A stretch of DNA of 64,000 nucleotides from Candidatus Poribacteria bacterium (GTDB lineage: Bacteria > Poribacteria > WGA-4E > WGA-3G). Made by a program: the position numbers and the translations under genes. Positions 39,674-48,515 of this stretch are shown piece after piece (position 1 is the stretch's first letter; each line of letters starts with the position of its first letter). Where the stretch lies: NCBI GenBank assembly GCA_965215265.1, contig OZ244048.1, positions 2,880,001 through 2,944,000 on the forward strand, in the 5' to 3' direction. The notes under the pieces are model-generated. The model was not told the origin of the DNA, made no database searches, and worked only from the letters and a program-made list of their open reading frames with translations.

Positions 39674-40936
39674 ATGCGTTTCGTTGAAGCACTCGCCATT
39701 GCAATCAAAAACTTACTTGCAAACAAACTACGTTCATCACTCACGATGCTAGGCATTCTCATCGGCATCGCACTGGTACTCGCAATGATGGCCATTGGCG
39801 AGGGTGCCAAGCAGATCATCATTGAGGATATTGAAAAGATTGGAGGGCTAAACGTATTCACACTTTACCGCCCCTCATACAAGTGGGTTGGCAACCGCCG
39901 CGTCCGAAATCGAAGCCGGGAACATTTCGATTATGCGGATGCTTTAGCCATTGCGGCGGAATGCCCCTCTGTAAGGATAGTTGTCCCGCGCGTTCCATCG
40001 TGGCTCGGTGTGTTGATGCAAGCCGCAGACGGCAGGCACTTTCGTGGCGGGTATAACGGCGTGGATTCCAACTATACAGTCGCAATGGAATGGGACTTGC
40101 ACGAAGGACGGTTTATTTCAGCCGAAGATGTCGACAATGCGACGAAAGTCGTTGTACTCGGCAACAATGTCGCTACCGCTCTCTTTGGAGAGGCCTCTGC
40201 ACTCGGAAAAGCGATAAAAATTCGCAAGCGCAGGATAACCGAACGGTTTATTATTATCGGCACACTTCTGCCACGCGGGCATAGTTTTAAATTCGGCGTG
40301 AGTTTCGACGACCTCGTTTTTATTCCCATTACCACGGCACAACAACGTTTCACTGGCACTAAACGTATTCCACATATTGTTGTTCAGGCCCACACTGTAG
40401 AAGATGTTGACACTGCGATAGAGGAAGTCAAAATGATCCTCCAAAAACGCCACTCAAACGAAGACGACTTCTTCAACATTTCTGACCCGCGCGGGGCACT
40501 GTCGAGCCTGTCGAAAATCAGCACAATCCTAAAAATCGCATTGGGCAGCATCGCCGGATTTTCGCTGCTCATCGGCGGAATTGGCGTTATGAACATGATG
40601 TTTGTCGCTGTAGGAGAACGCACGCGTGAAATCGGGATACGCAAGGCACTCGGTGCCAGAAGTGCAGAGATTCTGTTGCAATTTTTAAGTGAATCTATGA
40701 TCTTATGTGGCATCGGTGGGATTTTGGGCGTTGGGCTGGGAGTCTTCACTAGCAAGGGAGTCGCCTCTATCGCCGTGCGCATTGTGAAAATCGTCCCTAA
40801 CTGGCCCTCCGCGATATCCGTAGAATGGGTGCTGATTTCAGTCTGCTTTTCAGTGTTACTCGGTGTCGGCTGCGGGCTTTATCCCGCCATAAAAGCAATG
40901 CGGATGCCGCCGATTGAAGCATTACGGTCCTTGTAA
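39674..40936 (+). CDS. MacB/FtsX-like ABC transporter permease
   Basis: LRSSLTMLGILIG, GGIGVMNMM..ERTREIGIRKALGA, YPA..PIEALR. Confidence 0.92.
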   Translation: MRFVEALAIAIKNLLANKLRSSLTMLGILIGIALVLAMMAIGEGAKQIIIEDIEKIGGLNVFTLYRPSYKWVGNRRVRNRSREHFDYADALAIAAECPSVRIVVPRVPSWLGVLMQAADGRHFRGGYNGVDSNYTVAMEWDLHEGRFISAEDVDNATKVVVLGNNVATALFGEASALGKAIKIRKRRITERFIIIGTLLPRGHSFKFGVSFDDLVFIPITTAQQRFTGTKRIPHIVVQAHTVEDVDTAIEEVKMILQKRHSNEDDFFNISDPRGALSSLSKISTILKIALGSIAGFSLLIGGIGVMNMMFVAVGERTREIGIRKALGARSAEILLQFLSESMILCGIGGILGVGLGVFTSKGVASIAVRIVKIVPNWPSAISVEWVLISVCFSVLLGVGCGLYPAIKAMRMPPIEALRSL

Positions 40937-40984
40937 TTCGGACGCTCAAAACATGACAAAACTTTTCGGCAGGAAGAGATTTTT

Positions 40985-41293
40985 TCATGCTTCTCGGGCT
41001 TCTATAGAGAGTTTAAATCCCAATCCCTGTAAGATTTCACTGATTGTTTTCAAGTGCGGATTTCCGTTCTCAGAAAGGGCTTTATAAAGCCCTTCACGGG
41101 TGAAGCTGACACGCTTAACTAACTCAGACATGCCACCTTGTGCCGCTGCCACATCTCTCACAGCAAGCAAAAAAGATTCTACCTCGCCGTTTTCCTGATA
41201 ATCGGAGAGGGCAACAGAGAGGTAGAGCTTTGCGTCCTCCGGGTCATGTAGTCGTTGAATATGGTAGTCTTTGAAGTTTCTATAGTTCTGCAT
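40985..41293 (-). CDS. Addiction-module antidote (HTH, HigA-like)
   Basis: AVRDVAAAQGGMSEL..REGLYKALSENGNP. Confidence 0.9.
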   Translation of the reverse strand: MQNYRNFKDYHIQRLHDPEDAKLYLSVALSDYQENGEVESFLLAVRDVAAAQGGMSELVKRVSFTREGLYKALSENGNPHLKTISEILQGLGFKLSIEAREA

Positions 41294-41618
41294 CTGCTAA
41301 CTCCCTTGAGCGATCTGCTTTCCAATCGGCTTTTGCTTGTTGGATGTCTCGAGATTGCGAAGATTTATCCCCACCTCGCAAGAGTAAAATAGCATCGGTG
41401 CCGATCCTACCAAAGTAAATCCGGTAGCCTGCGCCAAACGGCAATCGACATTCAAACACGCCGTCGCCCACGGACCGAAAATCGCCGAGATTGCAGGTCT
41501 CTTCAATACGTCTCAAACGGCTTCGGATTCTCATAACTGTCGTGCTATCCCTGAGAGAAGACAGCCATTCTATGAAAGGCTCTTTCCCATTTAGGTTTCG
41601 ATAGATTTTCAGTTCCAT
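41280..41618 (-). CDS. RelE/ParE-family toxin (HigB-like killer protein)
   Basis: PFIEWLSSL, NLGDFRSVGDGVFECR..GYRIYF, GGDKSSQ. Confidence 0.9.
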   Translation of the reverse strand: MELKIYRNLNGKEPFIEWLSSLRDSTTVMRIRSRLRRIEETCNLGDFRSVGDGVFECRLPFGAGYRIYFGRIGTDAILLLRGGDKSSQSRDIQQAKADWKADRSRELADAEL

Positions 41619-41624
41619 CACTTA

Positions 41625-41653
41625 ATTGTAAACTATAGTTTACAAATTGTCAA
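41625..41653 (-). promoter_or_regulatory. TA operon promoter with overlapping palindromic operator; leaderless start
   Basis: TTGACA-17-TACAAT with a perfect palindrome TTGTAAACTATAGTTTACAA (41626-41645). The ATG lies 6 nt after the -10. Confidence 0.75.
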
Positions 41654-41707
41654 CCTTTTCCCTGATTTTCCATGTTTTTGTCTGTTCTTGCGAAAAGAAA
41701 CATTATT

Positions 41708-42079
41708 TTAACATCGCCTGTGAGGTCCGAGGCTGCTCCACAAGCATCTACCATACGTTGACATTCTTCAACCGTCATTGCCCTCGGTTTTTTCGCAAAG
41801 TACGTGTTTTCCTGCTTGTGCTGCGCGGATGGTGTTTTGACAGTGGATGTACGGTGGGGTAGCGACGTAAACCGCGTTGATTTCGTCGTCGGTTAACAGT
41901 GCATCCACATCAGCATAAGCCCGTTTCGCTCCGTGTTTTGCAGCGAAAGTTTCTGCTTTACGGCGGTCGCGCCGCATGACGGCGATAAGTTCGGAATCCT
42001 CAACGGTATAGAGAGGGGGTCCGCCTTTATACTCCGCAACATCGCCGTAACCGAGTATGCCCCATCTGAGTGTTGCCAT
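41708..42079 (-). pseudogene. Gfo/Idh/MocA oxidoreductase N-terminal fragment
   Basis: WGILGYG, AVYVATPP, GKHVLCEK. A frameshift at an A6 run hides the continuation PRAMTVEECQRMVDAC, and the gene is then truncated. Confidence 0.75.
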
Positions 42080-42235
42080 TAACCCGGTTTCTCCGTTAGT
42101 GAATTTTCATTTTCTATTTTGCATTTGGGTGCCCTATTGAGCGTCTGCCAATTGTCAAGATTGGTGCTGCAAACATCACTATTCTAGCATCCGAAGCCAG
42201 GCCTCAACATCAAATTTTGTCATCACGAATCTTCT

Positions 42236-42412
42236 CTATCGATACGCTCCAGAGAAGGGCAGCACGAGGAACTCTTTGAAGAAAGGGTCCCAGAGTTTCC
42301 GTTTGCTTTGTGTTTGTTTGGATGTCTCTGGTGCCGTAGTTTGTCTCATCTATCTGCTTAGGCGCTTCACTTCTGATAATAAAGTATAGCAGCCTCTCCG
42401 TTATTTTGTCAA
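42236..42412 (-). pseudogene. Truncated duplicate of the promoter and first ~33 codons of the 42775-43785 gene
   Basis: 42249-42412 matches 43685-43848 (MRQTTAPETSKQTQSKRKLWDPFFKEFL). Confidence 0.85.
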
Positions 42413-42477
42413 GGCAGTCTCCAGATTTCGCTTCTCAAGGCGGCCTCGGTGCTTCTCTGCAGCCATCTCCTAAAAAA

Positions 42478-42545
42478 CCAGGGGCAGCGACCGAAGATCG
42501 CTGCCCCTGATTAGGTTAGGTTAGTTTAGTTTAGTTTAACTTAGA
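42478..42545 (-). terminator. Intrinsic terminator next to G(G/T)TTA pentamer repeats
   Basis: CAGGGGCAGCGA..TCGCTGCCCCTG with a T-tract on the minus strand. Paralogous to 43948-44010. Confidence 0.7.
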
Positions 42546-42556
42546 TTTCACAGAGT

Positions 42557-42774
42557 TTATTCTTCCGATTTGAGCGTCGCCCACCGTTCGGTAAGTTTTC
42601 CGTCTGCACTCAGATGCGTTGCCTGCAGCGTCTGCAGCCCCCCGGCGTTTCCGAGTATCGCCACAGAGGATGTTGAATCCAGCGTTGTTGAACTCAGATC
42701 CGGTTGCTCAACTGATGACGGTTTTATCATCCTTGCCGCGTTCGAGTATCAAGGGACGGTGGCTCTGCGTGATG
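42557..42774 (-). pseudogene. C-terminal remnant of a secreted protein with GKLTERWATLK tail
   Basis: VIS*ATGSEFNNAGFNIL and, in another frame, HLSADGKLTERWATLKSEE*. Confidence 0.6.
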
Positions 42775-43143
42775 TTACGTGTCAGTACCGTTGTCAGCTG
42801 TCTCCAGCTGCCGCACGAGTTCCGCGCGCACCTCCGGAGATAAATTCCGAATCTCCGCCGGGCTGAGTCCTTTGACGCGCTCATCGGGGCTGAGTCCTTT
42901 GACGCGCTCATCGGGACTCAGGCGTGCTAACATATCGGCCCGTTCTGCCGCAGGTAGACTCGCCAACATATCCGCACGCTCTGCCGCAGGCAGACTCGCT
43001 AACATATCGGTGCGTTCTTGGGGGCTCAAGCGGGCGAGCATGTCCGCACGCTCCTCCGATGTCAGCGCAGACAGCAGCTTCGGACCCAAAGTCGTCGCAA
43101 CTTCGCGAAGACGACTCTGAAAGAAATCTTGATGTCCTTCCAT
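42775..43143 (-). CDS. Putative in-frame intragenic small protein (122 aa, RpnS-like)
   Basis: GGAGGAGGT followed by 7 nt and an in-frame ATG (MEGHQDFF..). Confidence 0.5.
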   Translation of the reverse strand: MEGHQDFFQSRLREVATTLGPKLLSALTSEERADMLARLSPQERTDMLASLPAAERADMLASLPAAERADMLARLSPDERVKGLSPDERVKGLSPAEIRNLSPEVRAELVRQLETADNGTDT

Positions 43144-43785
43144 TTCACAAACCTCCTCCGTGACTTCCGGCTGCAAATACAACGCGGAGTCAAAATATAA
43201 CGTATTCTCTTCCGTTATCACCCGCCGCAGGAACGCACGAAACTGTTTCTGCGACGACGCAAACAGCAGCAACCAATAATTCGGCTCAACCAATTCCACT
43301 TCATTACAAACCAATAGATGCACCGGTAGACCTGCCTGGCTATAATGTCCCCGGGCTAGCGGCTCCCACGGCAACCCGAAAGGCGGATGTGTCAGCAGCG
43401 CCCGCGGCTTCCGAGACGACACTATCGTCAAAGTAACTTCCGTGTCTGGAACCTTATGCGCTGCGAGATAGCCGCACGCACGCATAAAAATCCGGTAATA
43501 CGCCGATTCATTCAACGGGTCGTTTTGCCCTTTGAACTCGAACAGATTATACGTGCGTAAGTAAGAGAGCAGCGGATTCGCATGCACTCTCGCGCGGGCT
43601 GCGGCACTTTCGAGGAGAGCGAGTGCATCTATACGCTGCGGCAACCGGTTGACTTCTATCTCTGTCTCTATAGAGGCACCCAGCCCAGAGAATAGCAGCG
43701 CGAGGAACTCTTTGAAGAAAGGGTCCCAGAGTTTGCGTTTGCTTTGTGTTTGTTTAGATGTATCTGGTGCCGTAGTTTGCCTCAT
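42775..43785 (-). CDS. PD-(D/E)XK nuclease-like (Rpn-like) protein with C-terminal helical repeats
   Basis: WDPFFKE, RID..FEFK..Y; repeats LPAAERADMLAS and LSPDERVKG. Confidence 0.75.
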   Translation of the reverse strand: MRQTTAPDTSKQTQSKRKLWDPFFKEFLALLFSGLGASIETEIEVNRLPQRIDALALLESAAARARVHANPLLSYLRTYNLFEFKGQNDPLNESAYYRIFMRACGYLAAHKVPDTEVTLTIVSSRKPRALLTHPPFGLPWEPLARGHYSQAGLPVHLLVCNEVELVEPNYWLLLFASSQKQFRAFLRRVITEENTLYFDSALYLQPEVTEEVCEMEGHQDFFQSRLREVATTLGPKLLSALTSEERADMLARLSPQERTDMLASLPAAERADMLASLPAAERADMLARLSPDERVKGLSPDERVKGLSPAEIRNLSPEVRAELVRQLETADNGTDT

Positions 43786-43947
43786 CTATCTGCTTAGACG
43801 CTCCACTTCTCATAATAAAGTATAGCAGCCTCGCTTTTATGTTGTCAACCCTTTTTTTGGAGCCCCGGTGCGAAAATCGAGCCTGTTTTGACTCGTACTA
43901 GGGCATCGGATTTTCCGGCACAAAAGCAGAGCCATCTATCCAAAGCA

Positions 43948-44010
43948 AAAAAAATAGGGGCAGCCATGTGAGGGTAGCTGCCCCTGGTTTGGGTTAGGTT
44001 AGGTTAGTTT
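43948..44010 (-). terminator. Intrinsic terminator next to GGTTA repeats
   Basis: AGGGGCAGC..GCTGCCCCT with a T-tract on the minus strand. Confidence 0.7.
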
Positions 44011-44015
44011 ACATC

Positions 44016-45859
44016 TCACTGAGGTGACTCTTGCGCCTTAAGCGTCGCCCACCGTTGTTAATTATTGTGACAGCGGCGTGATATCCGACACTTGCGTATC
44101 ACTGAGATCCAGCACTCTCAAGTTGATAAGGTTTGCCAGCGGCGAGACATCCGACACTGGCGTACCCCCGAGATACAACTCTTCCAAGTTGGTGGCGTAT
44201 TCAAGTCCAGTCAGATCGCTAACGTCTGAGTCACTTAAATCGAGCTCTGTCAAGCGGAGCATATCTACCGAGGTCACAGCCGTCCCAGCGGCGATGCGGA
44301 GTTCCTCCTCTATTTCCGCACGGAGCGTCTCATCCGGAATGTTCACCTCGACGACTGTATTTACAGGCACCGTCAGCGTATTCCCGGATGCCTTGCTCGT
44401 GTTACCGGCAAGATCTGTAATAGCGTCTTCAGCAATCGATATCGCTACATCCCCATCAAAATTAGCAGGCGGGGTAATCGTCGCACGATAGACAGCATAG
44501 GACGTACTGGGTTTTATCTCACCGTCAAAAGCATCATCACTCTCCTGGATCTCTTGAGCCTCAGTGTTATAAGTACCGGGGTCAACAGCATCCAAGCCAT
44601 AAAATGCCGCATCGGTGATCGTCCAATCGGCGCGTTCCACGCCTTCACCGTCGAGAAGAATCTCAGCCGCACCAAAGGTATTGCTCCGCGGTTGTTCCGC
44701 ATAGATTTCTGCCGTATGATAATTAGCAAACTTGATTTCTATCTCAAACGCACCGGTTTGCTCCGCTATGTCATCGCCAATTGTTGGATGAGCTGTGCTG
44801 AGCGGCGCGTATCTTGCACCGATGCCGTCAACGATGTGGGTGACGACCGTGTCGGCTCGAAGCGTATCTACCGCATAAAGATTAGGATCCGTCTCAGCTG
44901 GATCAAGGCGTCCATTCGCAAGCGATTGACCCAAGTAGACAAATCCTCCAGTGTGAACCTTAGGAGAGGTAGGCCACACGAAAGCACCGAAATAGTTTCC
45001 TCCGGAGGCGGTACCGGCATCGGGGCTACCGGCCGTTATTGTGCCCCTTACGTGGTCAGTTGCCAAACCCACATAGCGATCTATGTTATTTGATCTCGAC
45101 CAAATCAAATTGAAACTATCGCTCTGGTTCTCAGTCGCAAGGTCGTACTCACCATCCATATTAGCGTCGCGAAAAAAGGGTTTATCCCAGTGAAACATCT
45201 CTATACCTTGTACCCTGATGTCACCATCTTGTACCGTGTATTCAAAGGTCACATAAAAGGTATTCGCTGAGTCGCTAAGATCACCACTTTCATCGACGCT
45301 CTTTATAAATACAGCTCCCAGATTGTCAGTATCAGGATTGAGAGCGACTTTGGCTTCATTATGCACCGCTGTGTCTATGTCCATGTATACACTACGGTCC
45401 AGCAGTATGCGTAATTTCGTATCCTGATGGATTAGCACCGGTCTGGTGAACTTCACGCGAATTTTAATCGTATCACCTGGCCCGTACTGTCGAGCCATTC
45501 TAGCGTCATCCCAAGCTACCTCGTTAGCAGTAGTATAACCGTCCGCATTTACAAGCCCTGCCAATGTGGCCTGTGCCTCCCTTCTTTTCGCATCTGTCCA
45601 ACCATCTGGGCCTCTGGTAGCCCTTACATCTCCCCAACCTGGCATAGCTTCAAAAGCCCCTTGGCGAACGTGCGTATAAAGAGCAGGCCCCGCGGGGTTA
45701 GTGGGGTCCTCAACTATCTCATATCCATCTGCCGCTATTGTCGGGCGATCCTGCTCTCTTGCCAGTGCCGATACGTGGGACGGCATAACAAGTCCAGCGA
45801 TTAAGAATAGAACTAAAACACTTAACATATATAGGGGGGGGGTGCATTCTTCTCTTCAT
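44016..45859 (-). pseudogene. Secreted surface protein (Ig-like plus internalin-type LRR), frameshifted at a C9 tract and internally deleted before its WATLK tail
   Basis: ORF 44062-45828 has IPDETLRAEI and DLTGLEYATNLEELYL..SDVSPLANL. The AAGGAG-led ATG at 45859 is in frame only with C8. A tail QRWATLKAQESPQ* follows the premature stop. Confidence 0.75.
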
Positions 45860-46098
45860 ATTATCTAACTCCTTGTTATTCTTTATCCCGTTACGGAATA
45901 AACTTGACTTGACTTTATAGTTCCGACTAAGTTTCCTAACAGACTACGTTTTCAACCTTTTTTGCCAATTCGTCAGACGTGCACACAGATGTTCAAGAAA
46001 ATGAAATCGTGTTTGTGAGTCACTTCCCAAAAAATGCAGTGCATTCACAAACTGCCAACGGACACGTCAGCTCATTCTTTCACTTTTAAAGAACACTT

Positions 46099-46400
46099 TT
46101 GCTCTCTTCGCAAAAGCTTATTTTAAGTATACCTCAAGAGGAAGTGTTTGTCAAATTAAAAAGATGCGGAATACTATGGAAACAGCTGACTCAATTCTCA
46201 GGCTTAGAGGGGCCTCTCACCACGAGACGGGCCCCCTACACAATCTATTTCCAGAACTCACCTTGCTATTGGATTCGGGCAATGGACTTTATTCCTTACT
46301 TTTGGAACCAACGAGACGGAGAGCGGTAATCAATATTTTGGAAGGAACATGTTTTATCTCCTTTGGAATCGGCGTTCCAGTTCATCGCGTCCCATTTCAA
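46099..46400 (+). pseudogene. Possible remnant of a type IIG (Eco57I-like) restriction-modification enzyme C-terminus
   Basis: IYFQNSPCYWIRAMDFIPYFWNQRDGE. The family assignment is from recalled resemblance only. Confidence 0.35.
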
Positions 46401-46427
46401 CGATAATCGGGCGCGAATGAGGGCAAT

Positions 46428-46735
46428 TATTCAAGAGAGTACCTTCTCTCGGAAAAATTCAAATGGCCTGCCGGTGCCACCGGTGAACTGTGGGAGCTCC
46501 CAGATGCAGATGTTGTCGAACTGTTAGCTATAACCCCACCTGCCGATTGGCCGCAGACGGCAGACCCCGAGTTGCGTAGGAAATATCGTTTTGCCCAACT
46601 CCTCAAGCAGTTTGGAGACATTCCCGAGCTCCGCTATATTATAGCATATGAGCGAAAACCCAAAAATATCACGATCGAACAAGCTATCGCTGTTTCTGAA
46701 GCCATGTACCGTCTCTTCCCGAATGAAATAAACCT
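46428..46735 (+). repeat. Duplicated internal fragment of the 33663-34508 gene
   Basis: Near-identical to ~33808-34115; no start codon. Confidence 0.9.
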
Positions 46736-46779
46736 ATTTAGGCCGTGCCTCGATAAGTTTTTAGTTTTAGGATGTCCTC

Positions 46780-46886
46780 CACAGACATCTTCGTATGCTT
46801 TTTTTTTGCATTTTTCATGTGACAAAAACTGGTTTCGGGGGTATAATTATAAATAATCTGATTTCAAAAGGGCGGTTTTCAGATTT
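46780..46886 (+). promoter_or_regulatory. Third copy of the repeated promoter/inverted-repeat cassette
   Basis: GTGACA-17-TATAAT, then AATCTGA..TCAGATT. Confidence 0.7.
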
Positions 46887-47000
46887 CCATTCTCGCCTCC
46901 GCAAGAAAGAGTCTGTCTCGATTGATATGCCGGTCTCCATCGGAAACGGCAGAAAACGTCTATTTATTTCTAAGTTTTACTCTAATAGGAGGAAATTAAG

Positions 47001-47464
47001 ATGCACTGGTTAAAAACGTTATTTCTCTGTCTTGTTATCGGATTCCTCGCTTTTACACTCGGGTGTACTTCGGAAAAGTTAGGGGAAGGAGGCTTTGATG
47101 TCACGTTGTCAATTAAAGGAATGAACCGTGCTACTTCTGTTTTCAGTGTCATGAAGGCATTGGAGCAGATAGATACCTTGGTTGTCAATGGAACAGTCCA
47201 CAAAGTAACTACGGTGTTTTTCCCGATAAAGGATGAGAGTAAAATGGGATGGAAATTGAATCCTGATGAACCGAAATACTTCCATCTTAAGTTATGGACG
47301 CTTCCCGGAGAAAAACCTGTACCTATCGTTGATGAACAGGTCTCTGAAAAGAAAAAAAAGAGATTTCTACTGTTGTGACGGTTCTCGGTTTTGAGACAAC
47401 TCTGGATCGGATAGAACCGTTTAAGGCCGTTTCTGCAAAGCACTATAAATTCGGGTTCAATTAA
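47001..47464 (+). CDS. Cys-less expanded HMA-like lipoprotein with a -1 frameshift at A-AAA-AAG
   Basis: Lipobox TLGC; FDVTLSIKGMNRATS and WKLNPDEPKYF. The -1 frame continues EISTVVTVLGFETTLDRIEPFK, matching the paralog C-terminus. Confidence 0.65.
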
Positions 47465-47467
47465 CGT

Positions 47468-47507
47468 AAAAGCCTCACTCGATTTTCAACGTGTGAGGCT
47501 TTTTTTA
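47468..47507. terminator. Bidirectional intrinsic terminator
   Basis: AAAAGCCTCAC..GTGAGGCTTTTTTT between convergent genes. Confidence 0.7.
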
Positions 47508-48362
47508 TTTTTTTGCAAACATCGGATTTTCGAGCAGCGATTGTACTTCATAGATGGAGCCTTTTTTTTCGGCATACGGTTCTGGCATCCGGACGGGGAC
47601 ATCTACCATGCGAGGCTGGTTGGTCGGTTCCCCCCGGATGATGAAGTCGTTGAAACTGTCCCAATCGGGAATGCCTTTGAGGGGCCATGCATCCACGGCG
47701 CAATATTGGAATAGCAATAAACGGCGTGAATTGTTGGAAGTATTCGGAGCAGAGCCGTGTAGTGCTCGAACGTGATGAATGGAAATCCCGCCTGCCTTAA
47801 TTTCAAGGGGCACAGCCCCCTCTGGCGTGAACGTTGGGTCGGTGACTGCCCCGATAAAGGCACCATCTTGGTGATGATCATAGGTTGGTCCCTTGTGGGA
47901 GCCGGGCAGAATCATCAATGCGCCATTTTCTACTTTCATATCATCTATGACGACACCAACAGCGAGCAAATCGTCGTTGGTATGCGGATAAAATGCCCAA
48001 TCCTGGTGCCACTCAACCGGGCTGCCAAACTCCGGATATTTCATATTCAGTTTATGTCCATTATATCGCACCCCAGGACCGATGAGTTGTTCAACGATGT
48101 CCAGAATTTTCGGATGCCGCAGTGTTGCGTCATAAGCGGTGTGATGTAAACCAGGGTTTTTAATGCGCCGGACGCGTGGTTTAGCAGCGGTGTGCCCTGG
48201 CTCCAAATCGAAGATGTCGGTGTGTTCTGTAACTTCTTTAGATTTATGCACAAATTCATCAGTGATTCGGCGGAGTGCCGAAACTTCCTCCTGAGTGAGG
48301 ACTGCCTCAACGCCGATATAGCCGTTCTCGTTGTAAAAATTGAGTTGTTCTTGTGTGAGCAT
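47505..48362 (-). CDS. Phytanoyl-CoA dioxygenase (PhyH) family protein
   Basis: EWHQD, NGALMILPGSH, LHGSAPN. Confidence 0.9.
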   Translation of the reverse strand: MLTQEQLNFYNENGYIGVEAVLTQEEVSALRRITDEFVHKSKEVTEHTDIFDLEPGHTAAKPRVRRIKNPGLHHTAYDATLRHPKILDIVEQLIGPGVRYNGHKLNMKYPEFGSPVEWHQDWAFYPHTNDDLLAVGVVIDDMKVENGALMILPGSHKGPTYDHHQDGAFIGAVTDPTFTPEGAVPLEIKAGGISIHHVRALHGSAPNTSNNSRRLLLFQYCAVDAWPLKGIPDWDSFNDFIIRGEPTNQPRMVDVPVRMPEPYAEKKGSIYEVQSLLENPMFAKK

Positions 48363-48515
48363 GCTGTCGCTTCTCCTAAATTGGCATAGTCCAATAAGTC
48401 TCTGGCGAGATGGGCACCGGAACTTTCCAGCCATAGCCACCTTATCGCCTTCCTAAGACGAAAAATCTGATTTGTAACGCGCCGCCTCTAATTATACCTC
48501 AGTTTGGAAAAAAAA

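Noticed and set aside
42510-42545. TTAGG telomere-like repeats or eukaryotic contamination
   Set aside because: There are only a few degenerate pentamers in a bacterial 3' UTR next to a terminator.
33808-46735. Diversity-generating retroelement (TR/VR pair) for the duplicated FGDIPE segment
   Set aside because: There is no reverse transcriptase in the window, and the few differences are not adenine-specific.
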